Notes: generated by a model from the sequence alone, not told the origin. Positions 19,570 through 31,416 are shown, counted from the stretch's first letter. The stretch: 34,809 bases of DNA from Stramenopiles sp. TOSAG23-2 (GCA_900128395.1 LT649346.1:1-34809), one strand, 5' to 3'. Numbers and translations: made by a program.

Positions 19570-21402
19570 TTAACTCTTCAATAATTTAGACAGATTCAAT
19601 TTTGGCACTATACCAAGATTATTCTTATTATCATTACCAGCTTTTGTAATCATGGTTTCATCGAGTGAGAAATCTCCACCAATTCCTCCTTCCTCGACTT
19701 TCCCAAATACTTTGCTACCACCATCTTTATTGCTTGGTGTTAAGACTTTACTTCCTTTACTTAATACATTCAAAAAGCCCAATTGTGCTGGCGTACGTTT
19801 CTCCAAGACGCCTAGACCAATAGATGCCCGATGCCGTGCAGCTTGTGCAGCAGCAGCATCTTTATATTTTGGAGAAACGGTAATAGGGGATGCAGGTGGA
19901 ACAACTTGTATTTTTTCTTCACCTGACGTATCAATACTTAATTTTGGTGGGCGGCCTTTCTTCCTGCCAGATGACATAGCAGACAATGGTGGGTTCCCTT
20001 TTGGTGTTGGAGGCTTAAATCCACCTCTTCTTCCCGACATTCCACCGCGTCTGCTAGATCCAATTTTAGCAGATAATGGCGGTTCCCCTTTTGGCGTTGG
20101 TGGTTTAAAACCTGTGCGCCCACTTAACATTGCTCTACCCGTGCTTATGCGATTGCTATTAGGTGGTGGGCCTTGTGGTGTAGGTGGTTTAAAACCAACT
20201 CTGCCACTATTTGGCATACCTCTTCGACCACTACCAATTGGCATTCCTCGTCTTCCACTACCAATTGGCATACCTCGTCTTCCACTACCAATTGGCATAC
20301 CTCGTCGTCCACTACCAATTGGCATACCTCGTCGTCCACTACCAATTGGCTTTCCACCTCTTCTACCACTTATATTTACATTATTCGGTGTTGGTGGCTT
20401 CGCCAATCCTAAATTTGATCTTGCGCTACTGATGACGGCACCACCTCTATTTCTACCAGACATACCACCTCTATTTCGTGCGCTTATAATAGCACCACCT
20501 CTATTTCTACTGGACATACCACCCCTTCTACTACTACCAATTCCAATACTAGGTTTTAACGATGGAGGTGCACGTCCTGATAATCTAGCAGAAATCGCAA
20601 ACGATGGTGCTTTCCCACGCCTAGCCGTGCCTCGCCTTGCTGTTCCACCTCTGCCCCTACCTCTTCTACCAGTCGCCCCACCAAATCTACCTGTACGTTG
20701 AGTAAACATATTACTAGAAGATGCTTTTTCCCAATTTAAATATTTATCTACTAAACAAAATGGATGCGTTAACAATTGACCAGCAGATGTTTGAGCTTCA
20801 CAGCAACGTATGAAATCTTTCGCTTGATCAGATAAACCTTGTTTGGAACATAATTCTTCCACAAAACGACCGATACTATTTAAATCTGCTAATCGTTTTT
20901 CATTATCACTAGAAAATGAACCATTATGAATAGGTAATGAATATATATTGATAATTTTCAACACCCCTTGTGCAGCAACAATGATATCGGTCAATTGAAA
21001 ACCGCCTAAATAATACGCTTGCCCATGTAAATATTGAAGTCCACGTAATATTTGACCAACATATCCACCAGCAATATGTTCACTAACGGTGCCAAAATTT
21101 TCAATAACACTTTTCAACGTACCACCACCAACTAATTCACTATATATAATTATTGTTGCATTTTCAGAACGCTCACATTTATACGATCGCAATAAATTAA
21201 CATGGCTAAACTCCAACATCAATTTGGATTGTTTCTCGACGTCATTTGACGAATTATTTGGAATTCTTTCATATATCATAGGTTTTCCATATGGTGACAG
21301 ACATTTTTTTATTACATTATATTTACCTTGATACAAATCTGAACCATGTTGTACGTTTGAATATGATATTTCCAGTAATGATTTATTATTATTATTAGAC
21401 AT
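19570..21402 (-). CDS. Degenerate STE/MAP3K-like kinase domain (probable pseudokinase) + G/R/P-rich repetitive tail
   Basis: Retains H.NLL..Y, YSELVGGGTL..VI..FG..SE.....Y..QIL.GL.YLH and SA.QLL.HPF. Lacks GxGxxG, VAIK, HRD and DFG. Confidence 0.75.
   Translation of the reverse strand: MSNNNNKSLLEISYSNVQHGSDLYQGKYNVIKKCLSPYGKPMIYERIPNNSSNDVEKQSKLMLEFSHVNLLRSYKCERSENATIIIYSELVGGGTLKSVIENFGTVSEHIAGGYVGQILRGLQYLHGQAYYLGGFQLTDIIVAAQGVLKIINIYSLPIHNGSFSSDNEKRLADLNSIGRFVEELCSKQGLSDQAKDFIRCCEAQTSAGQLLTHPFCLVDKYLNWEKASSSNMFTQRTGRFGGATGRRGRGRGGTARRGTARRGKAPSFAISARLSGRAPPSLKPSIGIGSSRRGGMSSRNRGGAIISARNRGGMSGRNRGGAVISSARSNLGLAKPPTPNNVNISGRRGGKPIGSGRRGMPIGSGRRGMPIGSGRRGMPIGSGRRGMPIGSGRRGMPNSGRVGFKPPTPQGPPPNSNRISTGRAMLSGRTGFKPPTPKGEPPLSAKIGSSRRGGMSGRRGGFKPPTPKGNPPLSAMSSGRKKGRPPKLSIDTSGEEKIQVVPPASPITVSPKYKDAAAAQAARHRASIGLGVLEKRTPAQLGFLNVLSKGSKVLTPSNKDGGSKVFGKVEEGGIGGDFSLDETMITKAGNDNKNNLGIVPKLNLSKLLKS
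20210..20350. repeat. Coding 27-bp minisatellite, about 5 copies (GSGRRGMPI)
   Basis: Unit ATTGGCATACCTCGTC(T/G)TCCACTACCA repeated in tandem. Confidence 0.92.
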
Positions 21403-21454
21403 GATGGACGACGTTAAGTGTTGTTTTTATTTGTTTCAAAAATATATATCAATG

Positions 21455-21802
21455 TTAATTGGCTTTGTTTTTGGTCTTTCTCGTTTTAATATTAATATTA
21501 TTGTTTCCAGCAGCAATAGCAGCAGCACGTTGTTTTTCTTTTATTACAGCTTCTTGCAATTCTTTTGCAGTACGCAAAGCTTTTTCACGTTGTTGTGACC
21601 TGGATTCCCTACGAATACGACGTAATTCACGAGCTTTCTTTTTACGTTCGTTATCACCAACGCCTAAAAAATCTTTTAAAGCTTCTCTAGCTTGTGGAAA
21701 TTGTGACAATACAACACGCCAAACAACTAACCAACCAAATATAAATATTGCAAATATAATTAATAATATAAAAGAAATTGACGTAATATTATCCAATTCC
21801 AT
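21455..21802 (-). CDS. Small integral membrane protein 13-like (DUF4750 type)
   Basis: Likely start MELDN at 21802. A TM helix is followed by GWLVVWRVVLSQFP..RE, resembling SMIM13 GW..VW..FLS.F...RE. Confidence 0.7.
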   Translation of the reverse strand: MELDNITSISFILLIIFAIFIFGWLVVWRVVLSQFPQAREALKDFLGVGDNERKKKARELRRIRRESRSQQREKALRTAKELQEAVIKEKQRAAAIAAGNNNINIKTRKTKNKAN

Positions 21803-22398
21803 ATATAACTTTATTAAGATGAAAAATTTGAATTTTCTTTTTTTATCTATATATATATATTCAGGCAAATCACAAAAAAAAAAAGAGTTATGGAGTATTA
21901 TGATTGATAAACAAAACACACAAACACACAACTATTACTTTATTATAGAAATGAAAGAAGTGATATGAAAAATATTCTCTCTCTTTCATCGAATTTACAT
22001 GTACTAAATTATTTTTTAAATACATTAATAAAAAATTTTTTGCCAACGGCCCATCCATCATCATAATCACCCAACACTATACCTGAAGTACGATAAAATT
22101 AAGGTTTTTCATCGATTTGTGTACCTAATTATTTATAAATTGTTGTTTTTTTGTTGCATGATGATGATGCAAGTATTAACCATTCTAACCATAGAATTAA
22201 TGTTTTGCTAATATTTAGAAATATATGCACATATTAATTAAGAAAAAAAGTATTAGTCAAAAACAATGTTTTAAAATGTTTTTTTTTCCTTTTTTTGTAC
22301 GAAATATTTAACAGTATCCTTCAAAAGCAATATCAGAAAAGAGTTAAATATCCTGAGTATATATATAACAATATTTTATTATAAAAAAAAAAAAAGCA

Positions 22399-23310
22399 AT
22401 GGAAGAAGAGAATGCATCTTTGCTTAAAAAAAAATCCCCATTAACAAATTTATTTACCTCATCAAATATTAAAGATGAAACTATTGCAATAATAGGTGGA
22501 ACAGGTAAGACGGGAAAATGGTGCGTTAAAGGTTGTATTCAAAGAGGTGCTAAGGTGAAGGTTCTTTGTCGCAATCCTGATAAATTAAAACGAATTTATG
22601 CAGCGTTGTGGAAGGCAGGGGAAAATAAAATGTTAACATATGACAAAGTTGTAACATCTGGTCAATTAAAAATTATAAAAGGCAATTTGCCAATTGGAAA
22701 AAAAGGGGAAAAAGTTGATGGTAAAAATTATACAATTGCAGCATCAGATAAACAAATGGACTCCCTCAAACAACTGGTTAATGGTACAACTTATGTGATG
22801 AGTTTTTTAGGCATGGATCCAAAGAATCATGCTCCCATTTGCAGACCAGGAATTGAAGCAATTATGAAAGCGGTGCAAAAAAGTGAGGGAAAACAGAAAC
22901 CCAAAATCATGATTATGAGTTCAATAGTTTTATTGGACAGCTATGCACAAGGAAAAGCTGCATGGGGTTGTTGTGGCTGTATTGGGTCTTTCATGCGATG
23001 GAAATTTTTACGTTTAGTTTTTGATGATATGGAAGCAGCTGAACAATATGCAATTGAAAATCGTTCAACAATGGGTTTAGATGTCTGTTTATTAAGAGCC
23101 ACAGTGTTAGGTGATAAATCTAATTATTACCTGGATTACACAACTACTGAACCAAAATATTACATTGTTAAATCAGATGAATTAAATCGGGTAAAGATGA
23201 ACATAGATCGTCAACATGTTGTTCAATGTTTTCTGGATGCAATATCGGACAATAAACAAACCAATAATAAGAATTTTAGTAATTGTGAATGGAGTTTATT
23301 TGATTTGTGA
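22399..23310 (+). CDS. Atypical SDR / NAD(P)-binding oxidoreductase (flavin reductase/BLVRB-like)
   Basis: IAIIGGTGKTG, V.VL.RNPDKL, D...AE, LLRA..L, IDR..V..FLD. Confidence 0.85.
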   Translation: MEEENASLLKKKSPLTNLFTSSNIKDETIAIIGGTGKTGKWCVKGCIQRGAKVKVLCRNPDKLKRIYAALWKAGENKMLTYDKVVTSGQLKIIKGNLPIGKKGEKVDGKNYTIAASDKQMDSLKQLVNGTTYVMSFLGMDPKNHAPICRPGIEAIMKAVQKSEGKQKPKIMIMSSIVLLDSYAQGKAAWGCCGCIGSFMRWKFLRLVFDDMEAAEQYAIENRSTMGLDVCLLRATVLGDKSNYYLDYTTTEPKYYIVKSDELNRVKMNIDRQHVVQCFLDAISDNKQTNNKNFSNCEWSLFDL

Positions 23311-23702
23311 AATGTGTTAAAAGTATTTTTAATTTTCGTCGAACGTTTATATATAAAATTTGATTTTTATTACGAAGTATTTATGCATAGTCAAAATCTT
23401 TGCTCCTATAAGAACATCTCACACAAAATTAAAAATAGATAGATGTAAGCAACGTAACGGAAGGTTCACTTATTTCTTATAGAGAATTGTCAAATTAAGT
23501 GAACCAAAAATATTGTTAAACAGAGTTTAAATATTAAGTTATATTTGTTTTTATACTCTTTGATATTTTATAAAAAATACGAAGTGTTAATCCTTTTTAT
23601 TTTACACTTCATACTTCGTACGCTTCGTACCTCAGACAGGTTCATAATGAACTATTCTGAATATTTTTCAATACGGCTGCAATGCTATGTAACATCTCAC
23701 AA

Positions 23703-24770
23703 TCATTTCTCTAATGTGGTTAATGCATTCTTATACTCCTCTGACTGCGCTCCATACTCTTTCCTAATTGTTTTTAGCTCTTCAACATTATGTTTTCCTC
23801 CTGAATTAGACAAGAGACGCAACACTTTGCTGGTTTTACCTGTCTGACGTTCTTGTGATTCGATGGTAGTCATTTTGTTTTCGATAGTAACAAACGTTGT
23901 CATAATACATTTCTGAATCTCCCCCCGCGCAGCATATACATCCCGCTCTTTTTGAGACATCTTGAGAAAATTTACAATCTGTTCTTCGGATAAGAATCTC
24001 AAATCTGCCTTTTCCATTTCCGCCAAAAAGTGTTTAACCCGCTGTGCAACGGTGTTGGAAGGCACCACCACCCTATCATCTCATTTCCACGTGCAATTAT
24101 GTCAAACGATTGTGTTACTTTTGCACCTGATGTCCCTGGCGTCCATTGTGCATTATTTTGTACAATGCAAATGCAAAATAAAACTGATGCATATAATACT
24201 AATATGATTAATTGTTTTTTTAAGAATATGCTTAACCATAGCCAATAATTATATTTCATCTTGAAAATTGGTTCAAAGGTTTTTTTTCTCGCGTCAATAA
24301 TGCTACAATCCGTTCAAAAAACAATCCGTAACTCTGTGTATTCACGCGTGTCGTCGTCAAGAGATGTGTATATATGTTTAATTATGTTTATTTAATAATT
24401 ATTATTTATTATAATATATTATTAAATATGAATCAATATACATTATATCACACATGCATCATTATCACATATACATATATAATTATATTTATAATATATG
24501 GAAAAAGGGCATCATTATTCATAATAACGATAAATGATAAATAGTTTTAAGTTGCTAAAAGAATCCAAAAATCTACACAGCATCCACCATTCGTCATGTG
24601 CTGTTTGTAGAGATTAACCTCTGTCAATACATTTTGGTACATTGGAAACGAATTGCATTGGTCATTTATAATATGAATATCATCAAAAATGTCTTGGTAC
24701 GTGTTGTACACATGTTGCAAGATTTTAATACCCTCATGCAAGAGTTGTTCGGGCTAGATTGAGCAGAAAA
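23703..24770 (-). pseudogene. Possible fragmented or degenerate gene
   Basis: A 122-codon coding-looking ORF (23703-24071) is preceded by further coding-looking stretches (about 24080-24370 and 24547-24770) in shifted frames with stops. No family recognised. Confidence 0.3.
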
Positions 24771-25286
24771 TATCAAATATGCTAAAAATAATCAAACTTT
24801 TGTAACGAACGCGCGAACGCTCATAAAAATCCGGTTTTAAAGTAGAGCCCATGCTATGTAGTGCTAATTCCAACTTTACGGCGAACTTTGCGGCTATTTT
24901 TTAGGTAGCCGAAAAACTCGGTGGTTTTTTGGGAATATCCGTCTCTTTTTATTTTACATCATCATAAAAAATAAATCTATATTTTCTATCGGTTTGCCAG
25001 TGCGGCGTGCGGCGAGTTTTATTTAGTTTTATTAAGTTTAAGTTTGCGTTTCATTAAATCTATAGTAATAAAATAATATAATATTGCTGTGATGATTGAT
25101 GGAAAAGAAAGAAAATATATATATATAAGAGGATATTCACAATTAATATATATATATCAAATTTTTATTGTTTTCATTAACAAAATATATATTGGGGAAA
25201 GAGAACGGAAAATTGTATAAAAAAAGAATATATATATATATATATATATAGTATATTATAGAAGAATAAAAATTAAATAAATAATT

Positions 25287-27002
25287 ATGGCATTTGTATG
25301 TAGGACAACACGTGATAATAATCGTGTTGGATTTCCAAAACAAGCTGGTACTGATAGTGTTGGGCCGGGTTCCTATAGTAGTTCATATTCGTCGATTAGA
25401 CGTAGTAAACCAAGTTTTGCTCCATTTGGTGGCAGCTCTGCTCGTCCAGAATTAGGAAACGGTGGGCGTTTTATCACACCTGGTCCTGGAACATATGGTA
25501 GTATTCAAAAACATGTATATCGTCAAGCTGCTTCAAGTAACGCATTTCGTTCAAAAACAATTCGTTTCAACAAACTAAAAGATTCAGGTACACCTGGTCC
25601 TGGCGCATATAAAGCTCCAGAGTCGTTTAAAAGGCGAAATAAAATGAGACAGCGGCAGCAACAAGAAGATAATGTAAATGGTGCGCCACCTGTAACGTGG
25701 GTACGTGTAACATCGGCCCCAAGTATACCTACTCGTGGCCAAAGTTATGGGTATGAAGAAGGTAAATTTGGTGAATTAATTATGCAGAAACCACCAAAAG
25801 GTGGGCATTCTGGTAGACCAGGGGATGTAGTAGGACCTGGTGCATATCAAAAAGTTGGCGGAAAAAGACAATCAAAGATAGCAACTGATTGGGCGCGCTC
25901 TGGCTCACAACGCACAGATTTTACGAAAGGTGGCACGGGTGGCCAAATCCCTGGACCAGGCGCATATGATATCTCAGGTAATAAAGAAGATGCCAATGTC
26001 TTTGCTGGTGAATTTGAACCAAGGGGTACATCTAGTTTCGTATCACGTAGCGTTCGTAATAAAGCAGGTAAAAAAGCAAAAGCACCTGGCCCTGGTGATT
26101 ATAGACCACCAGATCAATTTTATCGTAAATCCGTTCCTGAAAGCTTGCAATTTTTCGGCAGCACATCTAGACGTTTTAGAGATCGACCAACTGCTAAAAG
26201 TGCTGGGCCAGGTCCAGGTAGTTATGATTTAGCAAAAGCATCCGGCAAGCGTAATCCGTTAGCAGATGCATATCAATTACCAACTGCAGCAAATGTTGGA
26301 TTTGCATCTACAAGTAGTCGTTTCAATGCATCTGAAGATAAAGATGCATTGTATGCTCCAGCACCTGGGGAATATCAACAATCATCGATGGTAGAAGACC
26401 TACAGAAGAAACTTGTTAGTAGAACTGGTGTATTTGGTAGTACAACTAAACGTTTTGCACATGGTATGAATAGTAATAAAGCCAAAGGCCCTGGTCCTGG
26501 CTCCTATACCATTTCAAAATCCCTAGGTGATCATAGTTTAGAGTCTCCAAGCCTTGGAGATGGTGGTGGTTCAATTGCTGGGCGTAGTCGCCCAAGAGGT
26601 CAGCAATCATCTTCTTTTGCATCGACGTCAAAACGTGGTGCTGCATTAAAATCTGGCGATGGACCACCACCAGGTGCATATAACGTACCTAGTGACTGGT
26701 CAGCAAGAGCATTGAAAAAAGGTGGTAAGAAAGGTGTACTTGGTAGTGGTAGTCAACGATTTAATCGCAAACAGTATGGTGAAGGTGGTGTTGGTCCAGG
26801 TGCATACTATAATCCGCAATCATTTGCTACGAAAAATGTGGATAATCCTACAAATGTCATGGTATCCACTGAAAAAAGATTTAAACCGAAGAAAGGCAGT
26901 TCTGTTCCAGGTCCTGGGGCATATGATACAGAATTTTTATATGGTAATATGAATAAACGTACATTTAATATGTCAATTGCAGAACAAGAGTTTTTATCGT
27001 AA
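25287..27002 (+). CDS. Sperm-tail PG-rich repeat (SHIPPO-repeat, STPG/ODF3-like) flagellar protein
   Basis: More than 10 PGPGxY motifs alternating with F.S...RF motifs. Confidence 0.9.
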   Translation: MAFVCRTTRDNNRVGFPKQAGTDSVGPGSYSSSYSSIRRSKPSFAPFGGSSARPELGNGGRFITPGPGTYGSIQKHVYRQAASSNAFRSKTIRFNKLKDSGTPGPGAYKAPESFKRRNKMRQRQQQEDNVNGAPPVTWVRVTSAPSIPTRGQSYGYEEGKFGELIMQKPPKGGHSGRPGDVVGPGAYQKVGGKRQSKIATDWARSGSQRTDFTKGGTGGQIPGPGAYDISGNKEDANVFAGEFEPRGTSSFVSRSVRNKAGKKAKAPGPGDYRPPDQFYRKSVPESLQFFGSTSRRFRDRPTAKSAGPGPGSYDLAKASGKRNPLADAYQLPTAANVGFASTSSRFNASEDKDALYAPAPGEYQQSSMVEDLQKKLVSRTGVFGSTTKRFAHGMNSNKAKGPGPGSYTISKSLGDHSLESPSLGDGGGSIAGRSRPRGQQSSSFASTSKRGAALKSGDGPPPGAYNVPSDWSARALKKGGKKGVLGSGSQRFNRKQYGEGGVGPGAYYNPQSFATKNVDNPTNVMVSTEKRFKPKKGSSVPGPGAYDTEFLYGNMNKRTFNMSIAEQEFLS

Positions 27003-27768
27003 TTTAAAAAAAAAAAAAAAAGCATATTTTTATTGATAAAATGAACCTCTAACAATCGATGAGTGGGTGTAATTCGTGTGTGCATGTCTGTATATACCAA
27101 CATTGGCGCGGCGAGACAAACAAAAAAGGGGGAGATTTTTAAATATGTATGTTTTGAGTGTAAAAAAAAAATGTAAAATATATAAAAAAAAAATAAATGC
27201 ACCAACAAAAAATGTGCAAACTGCAGTGGCAAATCATCGCTATTATAAATAATTTCAATAATGAAGCACTAAAATTTTTAAGTCTATAATAAATCTTCGG
27301 TGTGGGGATGCGACGTTTCGCAAACAATAAATCCTATTTTATATTACAAATTTCCGATTAGTTTTTCCATAGAAAATATAACACGTATTACTATGTAAAT
27401 AGGAACACAGCAACACACGATCTAAATACCTTATACTGTATCTAACACTTTCTTCCACAAGTCGTCACATAATACTACCACATAGTACAATCCATTAAAT
27501 AATGTAATTTGTAATTCGTAATATTAAAATTGGATTTTTACTATACAAATTTTTCCTCACACAACTAAATTTTTGTCCTCCCTCCCACCTTATAACTTCT
27601 TCTTCACAAATTATTAGTAAAAAGTGCTAAATAAATAAATATTAGAAAGATAGAAATGAATAATACCTCTCTATCTACATCAAACAATATATCAAAAGTA
27701 TAGAATATATATATATATATATATTAATATTTTTTTATCCGTTTACTCCCTTCCTGATCATCATCATC

Positions 27769-30021
27769 ATGTCGATTCGTAAAAAGAATGCATGGGGTAT
27801 GAAACAAAAATTATTGCGGGAGAAGAAACAGAAAGAAAAGAAAAAACTTGAATTAAGGAAAGCAAAAAATGAACAAAAAGAACGTGAACAAGCAAGACTC
27901 GAAATAAAACATGCAAGTGAAAAGCGACAATATAGTAATAATAATAACAACAACAACAACAATCAAACTAATACGAGAAAAACAACCACCTGGGCAAACA
28001 TTAGCAATAAGCAAAGCAACAATATGAAAAAGCCATCGTTTCAACAATCATCGAAAAAAACAAATAATAATACAAATGATAATAAGGAACGTTCTGATGA
28101 TAGTTTATTTGCACATTTATTGGCGCAACAACAACTAGGGTCTCAAAATAACAATAAAAAAGGTAAGAAAAAGAAATCAAAGCAACCAAGTGATTTGCTG
28201 CAAGCGCCTATTATTACAACTAAACTATCACAAAATCAATTAAAAAAATTGAATAAGAAAAACAATAAAAAAAATAAAAAACCGACGTTCGAAAATAATC
28301 GGACTGTAACATACAGAGAAAAAAAAGTTGTTATTGTTACTAAAAAAGAATTTGAAGATACACAAAAAATTATACATGGTGAATTAGATGAGAGTGAAGT
28401 GAAAAAAATTACGGAAAGAAAGAAGAAGAAGAAACGCCCATCCACATTACGTAAAGCTATTAATCGTGATCGTAGAAAACGTTGGTTTGAAGCAAATCCT
28501 GAGGTTTTGATTGCAAAAAAAACATGTTTAAAGATGAATATGTATTTAAATGTTGCAAGATTATTGAAAATGGAAATGGCTATCCCAACAATATATAAAG
28601 ATAGTGAAGATTATGCTATTGTCGTTAATAATTTGGCGAAAGATAAATTAAAAGAATCTATTTCCCCTTCGAAAAAAAATAAGAACAAGAAATTAAAAAA
28701 TAATAATAAAAACAGCAACAAAAAGCAAGTGGGTAAGAAAAAGAAAGGTAGTAGTAAGAATAACAATAATGAAATGCAAGTTATTGAAGAAGAAGAAGAA
28801 GAAGAAAAGCAGGAAGACAAAGAAGTGAAAAATGCAGATAATAATTTAAATGATAATACAACTAATAATGACAATATTAATAGTGATTTTCCACCTTTAC
28901 CATCAATGGATTTCCCACCACTTCCATCGACAAATATAAAATCAAAGAAAAAACATGCTTTAAAAAAAAAAGAAACAAATACTACATTAGATAGTATTAT
29001 ATCCACAGCAGACAAAAATAATGATAACAATGCGAAGAAGAAAAAGAAGAATTCAACGGTGAAAAAAGGAGAAGTAAAACAGAAGAAGAAAAAAGTAAAT
29101 CCATTTGCTTCCCCATATCCAAAATTACCAAACGCATCACATACACGTGATTATGTAGATCAAATTGTTGATGTTGACATTGGTAAAAAAGTGAAACAAA
29201 TGTTTTCTATTCTTGTCAAATTGCAAGAAAAATTACGGAAAACAGATCCAGAACGGGCGAAATTACGAAAACGATATGTCGTTGGTACGAGAGAAGTATT
29301 ACGTTCATCTAAAAAGAAAACTACAAAATGTATTATTATGGCAACAAATATAGACGAATGTGGAGAACGTGGTGGTCTAGATGAAACGCATGGTAAAATT
29401 GTTGCTAATTGTAAACAAAACGATATACCTTTAATTTACGCATTGCGACGTCGTACTTTAGGAAAGGCGTTGGGGAAACATTTAAAAATGAGTTCCGTAG
29501 CAGTTTTAAATGCTGATGATGCAAGTGTGTATTACAAAGAATTATTAGTAATGGCTAAAGAACGTAAACAGCAATTTATAAATGGGAAAGAATCAAATTC
29601 TAGTAATGACAATCCTAATCAATATAATAATAATGTTGGCAGTGTAAAGACAGGGGAGAATAAAGGTGATGCGTCATCTGCCAACTCTATGGCTGCTAAG
29701 ACAAGCGAAATGCACTCATTTCATGATAAAAAACAGCATCATACTAATAGTTCACAAAAGCATTCGAAGAAAGGGAAGAAGAAGAAGAAAAATAATTCTA
29801 TTGATGAACTTGATAAATCAAGTCTATCTGTGATGAAACCATCTAAAGAATTATATGGTAATCGTAACACTGATATGGAAAAAAATGATACAAAACAAAA
29901 GCGAACTCAACTAAACCCAAGTGCTGGTGAATTTGTTCCAAATTATTATAATCCAGTTGCTAAGGAATGGGTACCTCCATCAACATATAATACTAATAAT
30001 AATGATAATGATAATGGTGAC

Positions 30022-30055
<34 letters not shown>

Positions 30056-30840
30056 GTGACTATAATAATAATAATAATAATAACAACAGTGTCATGGATA
30101 ACAACAATATAAATAATAAAAACCAATTTGCAATTGTACCATTTTCACATACTGCAAATTGGAGTGAGGCGTTAAAATTGCCAAAGCGTAATATTACATT
30201 ATTTAATCGAAATTTAGTTTTAGAACAAGATTGGAAAGATGATGGAAAGGGAGGTAGTAACTTAGGATTTGGTGCTTCGATTTATCCTAGTGCAATACTT
30301 TTAGCATCGTATTTTGAGAAAAACCAACAGATAATGAAAAACAAAACGGTGTTAGAATTAGGCGCTGGTGTTGGCCTTTGTGGGATAGCAGCATATTTAG
30401 CAGGTGCTAAAAAAGTATGCATAACTGATGGCGATGATGAATTATTGAAATTGATTAAAAAAAATGTGAAATCAAATATAAATTCATACGATGTACATAC
30501 ATCGCGTTTGCTTTGGGGAGATATGAATGACCATGCAATTATTCAAAGGGATGTTTTATCAACATCATTAAATAATAAATTTGACGTCATTTTTGGTAGT
30601 GATATTGTTGCATGCCCATATGTAGATGCATTAAATTCATTAATTGAAACCTTGGAATATTATTTCAACGAAAATCCAAAATTGTTGATATACATCAGTT
30701 ACAAACGTAGAAATGAAAGTGAAAACAATTATTTTTGGAATATTATTCAAGAAACAAAAGGATGGAAAACGGAGGATGTTAATATTGATATGTTTGAAGG
30801 GATGAATGAAGATTTATATTTATGTAAAATTAGTAATTAA
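27769..30840 (+). CDS. SBP2: SECIS-binding protein 2 (SID + L7Ae) fused to a C-terminal METTL21/Methyltransf_16-type lysine methyltransferase
   Basis: SID-like KKRPSTLRKAINRDR. L7Ae region RDYVDQ...LVKLQEK....DP..AK..KR.V.G.REV....K.....C.I.A.N......GGLD.......C....IP...AL.RR.LGKAL.K....S.V. MTase motifs G..IYPSA..L, VLELGAGVGL.G, TD, L.WG, D.I.GSDI. Confidence 0.9.
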
Positions 30841-31416
30841 ACAAATAAAACAAGTGTGTGTTCTTTTTTTTTTTCTTTTTATCACAATATTGAAGTACAA
30901 ACTATGTTTTACAAGGCACTTCCTTTTACAAAATTTATTTCTTTGTTTGTTTGTGTCCCCAAGCCAGGCAAGCTGGGCAAAAGCCATTGCCAAAGATCTC
31001 ACATACATTCCACTATTATTACTATGAAATATCATGCTTTTATATAATACACATAGCATTGGTTCAGCATTACAAGTCAAATTGTCCAATATTGTAATAA
31101 CAACAGGGATTTTAGTAGATTCTCGGATTCTCCCTAATAATGTAGTTGGTTCGGAAGATTGTTTTCAGAAGAAGTACATCTTCGTTCTTGAGTGTATTAG
31201 ATGATATCAATAACTCAATAGCGCACCTTTATCTACCCCTAGAAATCACGATTGTTTTCCATTTCGAAATATTAGCTCAGCGTTAAAGATCTACTAGTAC
31301 AAGAAAATAGAAAGGGTACGTCCTGTCTTCCTTCCTTTATATAGTGTTTTTTATTTGGTATTTTGGTATTTTGGTACTTGTGCTCGTGTTACCTTCTTAT
31401 CTACATCACACCAGTA

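Noticed and set aside
19652-20701. 349-aa plus-strand Pro/Leu-rich ORF
   Set aside because: Antisense shadow of the G/R/P-rich repeat tail of the pseudokinase; low-complexity codons lack stops on the opposite strand.
22399-23450. Selenocysteine readthrough at TGA-ending genes (e.g. 23308-23310, 19491-19493)
   Set aside because: The domains are complete at the stop, downstream sequence is AT-rich non-coding, and no SECIS was recognised.
3793-30840. Sulfur/selenium gene cluster (ISD11, MET17, SBP2)
   Set aside because: SBP2 is more than 20 kb away with unrelated genes between; there is no evidence of co-regulation.
30820-31330. Short ORFs between SBP2 and the 7TM gene
   Set aside because: Multiple stops in all frames and no recognisable motif; at best a relic that cannot be supported.
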